DNA of 64,000 bases from contig QZIL01000043.1 of assembly GCA_003599025.1 (NCBI GenBank), forward strand, positions 2,630 through 66,629, written 5' to 3'. Each line of letters opens with the position of its first letter. The stretch's first letter is position 1. Under the pieces are notes generated by a model. That model made no database searches. It had not been told where the DNA came from and was given only the letters and a program-made list of their open reading frames with translations. The position numbers and the translations under genes were made by a program. Source of the DNA: Nitrospiraceae bacterium (GTDB lineage: Bacteria; Nitrospirota; Thermodesulfovibrionia; UBA6902). Shown here in pieces: positions 46,586-54,647 of the stretch.

Positions 46586-46915
46586 TCATACGGATTTAAT
46601 TGAATAAACAGGTTCTGTTATGGCCTCGTTGCGACACACGGGGCATTTCCCGGGTTTATGGAGTTTTTCTCTTTTCTCAAAAACAAACCCGCACTTTTTA
46701 CATTCTGAAGGTGTAATTATAAGGCGCAGGGCCCTTCTGATGACTGTCTTTTGAATGTGCTGAAGATGATCGTATACAGCCCTCTCCGGGATCCTGACAG
46801 TTCCTGAAATCTCCCGGGCAGTATGAGGCTGCTCCTGGAGTACAGACACTATATTCTTTCTCACGGTCTCCTGTCTCTCATCAGGAACAAAAGGCTTTTT
46901 GGGTTTATTTTTCAT
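46586..46915 (-). CDS. Transcriptional regulator, winged-HTH fused to a C-terminal zinc ribbon (COG3357-like)
   Basis: The HTH-like region is TAREISGTVRIPERAVYDHLQHI. The Zn ribbon is CKKCGFVF...CPVCRN. I chose the start MKNKPKK; the ORF track extends to a GTG at 46999. Confidence 0.65.
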   Translation of the reverse strand: MKNKPKKPFVPDERQETVRKNIVSVLQEQPHTAREISGTVRIPERAVYDHLQHIQKTVIRRALRLIITPSECKKCGFVFEKREKLHKPGKCPVCRNEAITEPVYSIKSV

Positions 46916-47023
46916 ATGACACCCTACCCGTTTAAGCACAGAAAACCACTCAGGAAAAGGCCACTTCCTTCTCCTCATTAAAATCCTGGGGGCCTGCACA
47001 ATCAGAGTTAATCCCCCGGCAGC

Positions 47024-47254
47024 CTACTCCAGTATTTCAAGAACACAGCGCTTCCCGAGTTTTGTACCGGCAGCACTCAGTACGGTTCTTATCGCCCTTG
47101 CAGTATTCCCCTGCTTACCGATTATCTTTCCGATATCAGTCTTGGCAACACGCAATTCATACACTACGGTCCTTTCTCCTGATACCTCAGCAACTGAAAC
47201 CTCCTCCGGTCTGTCCACCAGAGCCTTTGCCACATTTTCAATTAGTGCCTTCAT
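47024..47254 (-). CDS. KH-domain RNA-binding protein (YlqC/UPF0109 family)
   Basis: The family motif is [20 protein letters not shown] chose the second ATG because GGAGGTG lies 4 nt upstream of it. Confidence 0.85.
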   Translation of the reverse strand: MKALIENVAKALVDRPEEVSVAEVSGERTVVYELRVAKTDIGKIIGKQGNTARAIRTVLSAAGTKLGKRCVLEILE

Positions 47255-47586
47255 GTCCACCTCCATGAGAATCCGGGCAGTTATTTACACCCCGGTATTT
47301 TCAAAAGATTTATATCATCAGATCCCGGTGTTGCTCTGAGCCTCATACAATATCAACCTGCTGTATTTATGCCGTTATCGACATCTTATCACAATATCCG
47401 GATATTTAAAACAGTAAAGGGCATTTATCCACAGATTAACAGAGATTATCTCAGATTCATAATAAGCCCAAATATCTTCTATAACTTTCAGGCTTGCCAG
47501 CTTGTATATGCCTATCTGGTTGCTGCTCCTGGCAATTTATTGAATTAGCCATGCTCAAAATCATAGAATAGAACCTGATAGAAACA

Positions 47587-49452
47587 ATGATACAGGCCAG
47601 TAATTTAGACAAGGCATACGGGCATCAGGTTGTATTTGACAAGGCCGGTTTTACGATCAATCCAGGAGAACGTGTGGGGCTCATTGGAAGAAACGGCCAC
47701 GGAAAGACAACCCTTTTCAGGATGGTCCTCGGACAGGAACAGCCTGACTCAGGTACTATAGGCATACCCAATGGTTACAGGGCTGGACATCTTTCCCAGC
47801 ACCTCAGATTTGCCGGGGACACAGTATTAAAGGAGGCATGCCTCAGCCTCCCTTCTTCAGAACAAGGCCAGGAAGAGAAGTATAAGGCGGAAACTATACT
47901 CATGGGCCTCGGGTTTTCCACGGAAGATTTTAATTCCGCTCCAGCGTCACTTTCCGGCGGTTATCAGGTCCGTCTGAACCTTGCCAAAGTGCTGGTTTCG
48001 GACCCTGATATCCTGCTTCTTGACGAGCCGACCAACTATCTTGATATAGTGTCCCTGCGCTGGCTCTCACAATTTCTGCGCGTCTGGCAGAAAGAGCTCA
48101 TTATCATCACACATGACCGCAGCTTTATGGACAGCGTCACTACCCATACCATGGCAATACACCGCTGCAAGATACGCAAAGTCGCAGGTCCGACAGAAAA
48201 GGTATATCAGCAGCTACTGCTTGAGGAAGAGATACACGAAAAGACTAGGACCAACGATGAGAAAAAGAGGAAGGAAGTAGAGCAGTTCATAAACCGCTTC
48301 AGGTCCAAGGCGACCAAGGCCAGGGCTGTCCAGTCCAGGATCAAGGCCCTGCAGAAAAAAGAACGGCTTGAAAGACTGACTGAAATAAAGGACCTTGAAT
48401 TTACTTTCAACTCAGCGCCTTTTACAGGCAGACATCTTCTGGAAGTCAAAGACCTGACTTTCGGATTTGACCCTGAGGGCCCGGCCTTGATTGAGAACCT
48501 GAGCCTGTATGCGGGAAAAGATGACCGTATAGCCATAATAGGTAAAAACGGAAAGGGCAAGACCACACTTCTTAACCTCCTTGCCGGTGAAATAACCCCG
48601 CTCCGCGGAATCATAAATTATCACCGGGACCTTAAACTGGCATATTTCGGCCAGACAAACATAAACCGGCTGGACCCTGCAAAGACAGTGGAAGAAGAAA
48701 TCATGGACGTACATCCGGAACATAACCGGGGAGCAGCCCGCAAAATATGCGGCGCCATGATGTTCCCGGGTGACCAGGCGCTTAAAAAGGTCAGCGTGCT
48801 TTCAGGCGGGGAAAGGAGCCGCGTCCTCCTCGGCAAACTTCTCGTCAGCCCTGCCAATATGCTGCTGCTTGATGAGCCCACCAACCACCTTGACATGGAA
48901 TCCACGGAATCGCTTATCGAGGCAATTGAAGAATTCACGGGCACCGTCATTATCGTTACACACAGCGAGATGATACTGCATTCAATGGCAACCCGGCTTA
49001 TAGTATTCGATGACAGCAAGGTGTCGCTTTTTGAAGGGACATACCAGGACTTTCTGGACCGCGTAGGCTGGAAAGGCGAGGAGAAGCCGTCACGGAGCGA
49101 GGACGCTTCAGCACCACTTACTGTCCAGCCTGCAGATAAAAAACTGGCCCGGCGCATACGGGCTGAACTGATTAATGAAAAATCAAGGACGCTGGGGGCC
49201 CTTCAAAAGAGGATCGATGAAATCGAGACCGAAATCATCCGGCTCGAAGAGAAGACCTCTCTTGACAATAAAGAGCTCCTCGAGGCCTCTATAAATAGCG
49301 ACGGCGTTAAAATCAGGGCACTGTCAAAGGACCTTCATGATGCCAGGACCAGAATTGATTCCCTTTTCCCTGAGCTGGAGCAGCTGCATGAAGAACTTGA
49401 CAGCAGGACACTGGAATTTGAAGAGAGGCTTAATGCCATGGAGGGTTCATGA
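47587..49452 (+). CDS. ABC-F family ATPase (two ABC domains, no TM domain)
   Basis: 621 aa. Walker A motifs are GRNGHGKTT and GKNGKGKTT. Signature motifs are LSGGYQ and LSGGER. Both Walker B motifs are LLLDEPTN. There is an inter-domain linker and a C-terminal coiled coil. Confidence 0.93.
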   Translation: MIQASNLDKAYGHQVVFDKAGFTINPGERVGLIGRNGHGKTTLFRMVLGQEQPDSGTIGIPNGYRAGHLSQHLRFAGDTVLKEACLSLPSSEQGQEEKYKAETILMGLGFSTEDFNSAPASLSGGYQVRLNLAKVLVSDPDILLLDEPTNYLDIVSLRWLSQFLRVWQKELIIITHDRSFMDSVTTHTMAIHRCKIRKVAGPTEKVYQQLLLEEEIHEKTRTNDEKKRKEVEQFINRFRSKATKARAVQSRIKALQKKERLERLTEIKDLEFTFNSAPFTGRHLLEVKDLTFGFDPEGPALIENLSLYAGKDDRIAIIGKNGKGKTTLLNLLAGEITPLRGIINYHRDLKLAYFGQTNINRLDPAKTVEEEIMDVHPEHNRGAARKICGAMMFPGDQALKKVSVLSGGERSRVLLGKLLVSPANMLLLDEPTNHLDMESTESLIEAIEEFTGTVIIVTHSEMILHSMATRLIVFDDSKVSLFEGTYQDFLDRVGWKGEEKPSRSEDASAPLTVQPADKKLARRIRAELINEKSRTLGALQKRIDEIETEIIRLEEKTSLDNKELLEASINSDGVKIRALSKDLHDARTRIDSLFPELEQLHEELDSRTLEFEERLNAMEGS

Positions 49453-49490
49453 TTATCTCTAATAAGTTCACAGGCAGGACAACACGTTTT

Positions 49491-49579
49491 GTCATTCCCG
49501 CAAGCCCCGGACAGGCCGGGACAGGCTCCGCGCGTCGGGAATCCTGCTTAAAGTATGATTCCGGACAAGCCGGAATGAC
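49491..49579. repeat. Compound hairpin repeat, GTCATTCC family (copy D)
   Basis: Sequence reads GTCATTCCCG...CGGGAATCC - tgcttaaagtat - GATTCCGGacaagCCGGAATGAC. Confidence 0.7.
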
Positions 49580-49639
49580 ATACCTTTAAAATATACTCTT
49601 ATTTATGGCCTTCTCCGTATATTTATTGTAATATGTTCT

Positions 49640-49816
49640 ATGCGCAGAGATATCTGGATATTCCTTTTTGCCCTCGGAATAATTCTTTTCGGCTGGCCCC
49701 TCATGAGCATATTCAGATACGGCCTGTCAAAATATCTTTTCCTTGCCTGGATTATTTTTATTGCCCTTATTTTTATAGCGACAATTTATAAAAGCGACCG
49801 TAACAACGGAGGATAA
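49640..49816 (+). CDS. Small two-TM membrane protein (58 aa), not in the ORF track, abutting the symporter-kinase gene
   Basis: Translation is MRRDIWIFLFALGIILFGWPLMSIFRYGLSKYLFLAWIIFIALIFIATIYKSDRNNGG. Two clear hydrophobic helices obey the positive-inside rule. The TAA stop (49814-49816) is immediately followed by the TTG start at 49817. Confidence 0.6.
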   Translation: MRRDIWIFLFALGIILFGWPLMSIFRYGLSKYLFLAWIIFIALIFIATIYKSDRNNGG

Positions 49817-52771
49817 TTGTTTTCCATAACGGTTTTATTCTCTATAATTTTTGGTTATCTGCTACTGCTCTTTCTGATCGCTTATCTCGCGGAGCGGAAG
49901 GAGCAGCGAGGCAGCAAACTCGTATCAAATCCTTATGTTTATTCCCTCTCTCTTGCAGTCTACTGCACCTCGTGGACTTTCTACGGCAGCGTTGGCAAGG
50001 CCGCCAATGCCGGCCTGAATTTTCTCACTATATATATCGGCCCGACACTTATGGCTGCCCTGTGGTGGGTTGTCCTGAGAAAGATAGTATATATATGCAA
50101 GGAAAACAGGATCACCACGCTTTCCGACTTCATCGCCTCACGCTACGGGAACTCGCTTTTTCTTTCCGTACTTGTCACGCTCGTAGCAGTAGTCGGAATA
50201 ACCCCCTATCTGGGGCTCCAGCTCAAGGCAATTATGACGACCTTTTCGATCCTTGCCGGCCATTCCGAGGGGAGCGATTTTGCAGGGTGGTTCATTACGC
50301 TTGTGCTCGGGGTCTTCGCAATTTTCTTCGGGGCTCGAAAGGTCGATGTTTCAGAACGCCACGGCGGCCTTATCTTTGCTATTGCATTTGAGTCTGCTAT
50401 AAAGCTGATCGCCTTTATCTCCGTCGGGATATTTGTGTCTTACGGGCTGTTTGACGGTATTGGAGGCATTTTTGAGAAAATCAGGGATTCGGAATTTGCA
50501 GGCCTGATGACACTCGGGGGTGATTCCAGGGTCAGTTTTACGGAATGGACTTCCCTTACATTTCTCTCCATGATGGCGATCATGTTCCTTCCGAGACAGT
50601 TTCATGTGTCCGTTGTGGAAAACTCTTCGTACGAGCACATAAAAAAGGCGATGTGGCTTTTCCCGCTTTATCTGTTTCTCATCAACATCTTTGTACTGCC
50701 TATAGCGTACGGAGGTCTGCTCCTCGGGGAACCACAGCAGAATGCCGACTTTTTTGTGCTCAGCATCCCGCTTAAACACGGTGTTCCATATCTTGCACTG
50801 TTTGCCTTTATCGGGGGCTTTTCAGCAGCCACAGCAATGGTCATTGTTGAATCACTGGCATTAAGCACCATGGTCATGAACAGTTTTGTAATGCCTGCAC
50901 TCTGGCGTATGAACGCAATGAAGGGCTTTTACGTAATGATACTTAATACAAGGAGGATCATAATCATCGGCTTGATCTTTCTCGGCTATCTCTTCGCCAT
51001 ATCCATCGGGCATTTTTACAGCCTTGTCGATATTGGACTTAAGTCATTTGAGGCAGTCACCATATTTGCTCCTTCCCTCCTTCTCGGGCTTTACTGGAAA
51101 GGCGGGAACAAGAAAGGCGCGATAGCGGGTATCATTGCCGGTTTCAGCGTATGGATGTATACGCTCATGATACCCGCCCTTATGAGGGCCGGCATTATTG
51201 AGAAGGAGGGTTTCTGGGGAAAGGTATTTAATTCAACTTTTCTGAATCCGACAGCGTTATTCGGCCTTGAGGGACTGGACCGCTGGAGCCATTCTTTATT
51301 CTGGGGACTTCTGTTTAACATTGTGCTTTATGTAGGCATCTCGATCTTTACCGCCCAGGACGCAGAGGAGGAAAGGCAGGCCTTCAAATTCGTCGAATCT
51401 TACTCATCAAGGATGCTGCCAGCACGGGGCATATACAGTATTGAGCAGATTGAAGACATCCTCGGCCACTACACCGGTAAGAGGGAGGCGAAAGAATTCA
51501 TAGCGAATTTTCTTTCACGTAACAACATCCAGCGGGACGATGTTTCACAGAACGATCTTGTCAGGATACGCCACGAGGCTGAAAAAATATTGTCGGGTGC
51601 CCTCGGCTCCCCTATAGCCGCCATAATCTTTGAGGACAAATTTTCACTCACCGACCAGGAAAGGGGCGAACTGTCCAGTTCCATAAAACAGATAACCGAC
51701 ACGCTCAGGCTTTCAAGACAGGAACTGGCCGATGCGAACAGGGACCTGGCATATCTCAAGGATTTCAGTGAAAACATAATCGAAAGCGCACCGGTCGGGA
51801 TAGTGACTGTTGATTCCTCATTCAGGGTCAGGTACTGGAACAGACAGATGGAGGCCATAACAGGTACAAAGAAGACATCTGCCTTCAACATCTCCATTAT
51901 TCACCTTCTGCCGTGGATGAGCAGCGGGCTCTTTACCCAGAGTATGCAGGGTGAAATGATAGTCCAGACACCGGCAATGCAGTCATTCAAGATAAATATC
52001 AGCCCCCTGAAAGACCCGTCCGGCGGCTTTGTCGTGATCATCGAAGACATAACCGAAAAGAAAAAGATGGAGGAACAGCTCCTGCACTCTTCAAAACTTG
52101 CAAGCATCGGGAGACTGACTGCAGGCATATCGCACGAAATAGGAAATCCTCTCGCATCCATATCATCCCTTGTCCAGGAACTGAGGGCGCAGAGGCTCGA
52201 TTCTGAAGAGGAGAAGAAATTCACGGAAACATCGCTGAAAACTATCAACAGTCATATTGAACGCATTGTTAATATCGTCAGGAGTCTCGGTGACTTCGCG
52301 AGGATATCATCTTCGGAAAAGACCGTAACAGGAATCGCTGAAATACTAAACCGGACGATTAACCTGATCAGCTACGACAAGAGATTCAAGAACATAAAGC
52401 TGAAACTCGATGTAGGTGAAATTCCTCCCATAAAATTAAATCCGGACCAGATGCAGCAGCTGTTCTTCAACCTTATCTTAAATGCCCTGGATGCAATGCC
52501 GGACGGAGGCCGGCTTACCATATCGATGAAGCCGGCAGGAAGGTATATTGAAATAATCTTCAAAGACACGGGGACAGGGATAGAAGAGTCAGTACTGGAC
52601 AGGATATTCGATCCTTTTTATACAACCAAGACACCGGGCAAAGGGACAGGGCTTGGACTCAGTATCTGCTATGGTATAATCAAGGACCATAACGGCTCGA
52701 TAAATGTAAAAAGCAGGAAAGGAGAAGGAACTGCCTTTGTAATCAGGCTCCCGAAGGAACAGAATGGATAA
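49817..52771 (+). CDS. Sodium/solute-symporter (SLC5)-domain histidine kinase, CbrA/CrbS-like
   Basis: 984 aa. The N-terminal ~500 aa is a polytopic SSS-like domain with YCTSWTFYGSVGKA. A linker (STAC-like region) and a PAS domain follow. The classical HisKA H-box is GISHEIGNPLASI. ATPase motifs are NLILNALDAM, DTGTGI and GTGLGLS. Confidence 0.9.
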   Translation: MFSITVLFSIIFGYLLLLFLIAYLAERKEQRGSKLVSNPYVYSLSLAVYCTSWTFYGSVGKAANAGLNFLTIYIGPTLMAALWWVVLRKIVYICKENRITTLSDFIASRYGNSLFLSVLVTLVAVVGITPYLGLQLKAIMTTFSILAGHSEGSDFAGWFITLVLGVFAIFFGARKVDVSERHGGLIFAIAFESAIKLIAFISVGIFVSYGLFDGIGGIFEKIRDSEFAGLMTLGGDSRVSFTEWTSLTFLSMMAIMFLPRQFHVSVVENSSYEHIKKAMWLFPLYLFLINIFVLPIAYGGLLLGEPQQNADFFVLSIPLKHGVPYLALFAFIGGFSAATAMVIVESLALSTMVMNSFVMPALWRMNAMKGFYVMILNTRRIIIIGLIFLGYLFAISIGHFYSLVDIGLKSFEAVTIFAPSLLLGLYWKGGNKKGAIAGIIAGFSVWMYTLMIPALMRAGIIEKEGFWGKVFNSTFLNPTALFGLEGLDRWSHSLFWGLLFNIVLYVGISIFTAQDAEEERQAFKFVESYSSRMLPARGIYSIEQIEDILGHYTGKREAKEFIANFLSRNNIQRDDVSQNDLVRIRHEAEKILSGALGSPIAAIIFEDKFSLTDQERGELSSSIKQITDTLRLSRQELADANRDLAYLKDFSENIIESAPVGIVTVDSSFRVRYWNRQMEAITGTKKTSAFNISIIHLLPWMSSGLFTQSMQGEMIVQTPAMQSFKINISPLKDPSGGFVVIIEDITEKKKMEEQLLHSSKLASIGRLTAGISHEIGNPLASISSLVQELRAQRLDSEEEKKFTETSLKTINSHIERIVNIVRSLGDFARISSSEKTVTGIAEILNRTINLISYDKRFKNIKLKLDVGEIPPIKLNPDQMQQLFFNLILNALDAMPDGGRLTISMKPAGRYIEIIFKDTGTGIEESVLDRIFDPFYTTKTPGKGTGLGLSICYGIIKDHNGSINVKSRKGEGTAFVIRLPKEQNG

Positions 52772-53831
52772 AAGACTGCTTATTGTTGAAGATGAAGAGA
52801 CATTGTGCGAGTCCCTGAAAAGGGTGCTCACAAAAGAAGGTTATATTGTTGATACAGTCAATAATGCTGAATCAGCCCTCACAATGCAGCAGGAGAAATC
52901 GTATGACCTTATAGTGACCGATATCATTCTGCCGGGTATGACCGGCATAGAGCTGATACGGAAGATCAGAGAGGACAATCCTGAGCAGATCGTTGTTGTC
53001 ATGACAGCCTATGCTTCGCTCGAGACCGCTGTCGAGGCCCTCCGTGCAGGCTCCTACGATTATATCGTCAAGCCGGTCATGCATGAAGAGGTCAAGCAGA
53101 TAGTAAAAAACGCGATCAACCAGAAAGTGCTTCAGAAGGAAAACCTGCTGCTCAAGTGTCAGCTTGAGAACAAATATGACATTGAAACAATATCTCTCTA
53201 TAAAAGCCCTGCAATGAGAAAGCTTATCGATGAAATAAAAGGCATTGCCGACAGTACTGCTAATCTCCTTGTGCTCGGGGCAGCAGGCACGGAAAAGGAA
53301 CTCTGTGCCAAGCTGATGCATAGCATCAGGAAAACCCAGAAGCCTTTTGTCCCGATTCAGTGCAATACTGCAGATGCAAATTCCATCCGGCAATTCTTTG
53401 AAGCTGCTGACGGCGGAGTCATATTTCTCAATGACATCCTCTGCCTTAATGCCGATCTGCAAGTAACGCTGCTGGCCCTTATGAAAGAGCAGGATATGAG
53501 GATCATCGCCGCAGCAGACCAGGACATAGAGTCCGCCCTGCAAAAAGGCGCATTCAGCAGAGAACTATTTCAGATTATAAAAGGCATTACAATCCGGATA
53601 CCTTCCCTGAAGATCAGGAAAGAGGACATAGGGCCGCTCGCAAACTATTTCATCCAGAAATACTCCGAGGAATTCTGCAGGGGCGTCATGTCACTTGACC
53701 CCGGCGCACTGGATGTGCTGAATAATTATGACTGGCCCGGGAATGTCAGGGAGCTTCAGAACGTTATCGAGCGGGCGGTGCTGATATGCACGGGGGACAC
53801 AATTAAGGCGGAGCATCTGCCGTTGAAATAG
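52764..53831 (+). CDS. REC-domain protein with a degenerate, truncated sigma54-activator AAA+ domain (no GAFTGA, no HTH)
   Basis: 355 aa. REC is intact (LLIVEDE, DLIVTDIILPGMTG, YDYIVKP). Walker A reads GAAGTEKE instead of GETGTGKE. Walker B reads IFLNDI instead of FLDEI. The ESELFG..GAFTGA segment is absent. The protein ends right after NVRELQNVIERAV...EHLPLK. The start overlaps the kinase stop by 8 nt. Confidence 0.85.
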   Translation: MDKRLLIVEDEETLCESLKRVLTKEGYIVDTVNNAESALTMQQEKSYDLIVTDIILPGMTGIELIRKIREDNPEQIVVVMTAYASLETAVEALRAGSYDYIVKPVMHEEVKQIVKNAINQKVLQKENLLLKCQLENKYDIETISLYKSPAMRKLIDEIKGIADSTANLLVLGAAGTEKELCAKLMHSIRKTQKPFVPIQCNTADANSIRQFFEAADGGVIFLNDILCLNADLQVTLLALMKEQDMRIIAAADQDIESALQKGAFSRELFQIIKGITIRIPSLKIRKEDIGPLANYFIQKYSEEFCRGVMSLDPGALDVLNNYDWPGNVRELQNVIERAVLICTGDTIKAEHLPLK

Positions 53832-53859
53832 TTGGAACAGTTGCAACCGTTCCAACGAC

Positions 53860-54396
53860 TCAAGCGGTTGAAACCTGTTTCTCCTTCTCCCTGTTAAATC
53901 CAATCTTTCTCTTCATCTCTTCCGGCGGGGCCATCAACTTCCGGATTGCCTTGAATATCAGATGTATTTCTTCATCATGCTTTTCAAATTTACCTTCTAA
54001 CTGTTTTAATTTAATGGCGAGCTCTTTATTAGTCAAAAGGAGTTCTCTCAGTCTTACAAATGCCCTTACAACCTGAATGCTGGCCTGAACAGCAGCTGTA
54101 CTGTTTAATACATTCGCAAGCATGATTGCCCCATACTCAGTAAAGACATAAGGAAGATAACGACGACCGCCCCGACTTGAGGTCGCAAAATGCGACCTCA
54201 AGTTCTCAAACTCATCTTCATTTAATTGGAACATGAAGTCAGATGGGAATCGATCCAGGTTGCGCCTGACCTGTTCATTGAGACGCTTGGTCGTTACTCC
54301 GTAAAGGCCTGCAAGATCTGCATCTATCATTACCCTATGGCCCCTGATTATGAATATCCTTTGCTGAATTTCCTCAATGGAAATAATCTCATTCAT
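53860..54396 (-). CDS. ORF6N-domain protein (KilA-N-related DNA-binding fold, usually associated with mobile elements)
   Basis: 178 aa. The sequence IFIIRGHRVMIDADLAGLYGVTTKRLNEQVRRNLDRFPSDFMFQL...LPYVFTEYGAIMLANVL matches the ORF6N pattern. It is the only minus-strand gene in this locus. Confidence 0.8.
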   Translation of the reverse strand: MNEIISIEEIQQRIFIIRGHRVMIDADLAGLYGVTTKRLNEQVRRNLDRFPSDFMFQLNEDEFENLRSHFATSSRGGRRYLPYVFTEYGAIMLANVLNSTAAVQASIQVVRAFVRLRELLLTNKELAIKLKQLEGKFEKHDEEIHLIFKAIRKLMAPPEEMKRKIGFNREKEKQVSTA

Positions 54397-54647
54397 ACCT
54401 GTCCCCCTTTCATAAAAAGCGGTTAAACGATTAAGCGGTCAATTTTTCAAACGCTCGAACATTCAAATGGTTTTTGGTAAAATCTACTGCCTGCGTCCCC
54501 GTAATGACGGTTGATTATAACATATAAATAACCGTTGCAGCGGTTGCAACTATTGATAATCACGACTCCTTCCCCCCTCTTTGCCTTCCTCCTGTCAAGC
54601 ACCTCTGCGGGAAAGGATTTTCATCTTGTAGTATATTATTTAATACC

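Noticed and set aside
54475-54490. TGGTAAAATCTACTGC as a sigma54 promoter for DUF294 paralogue 1
   Set aside because: GG and GC are separated by 11 nt rather than 10, and the -12 region lacks TTGC.
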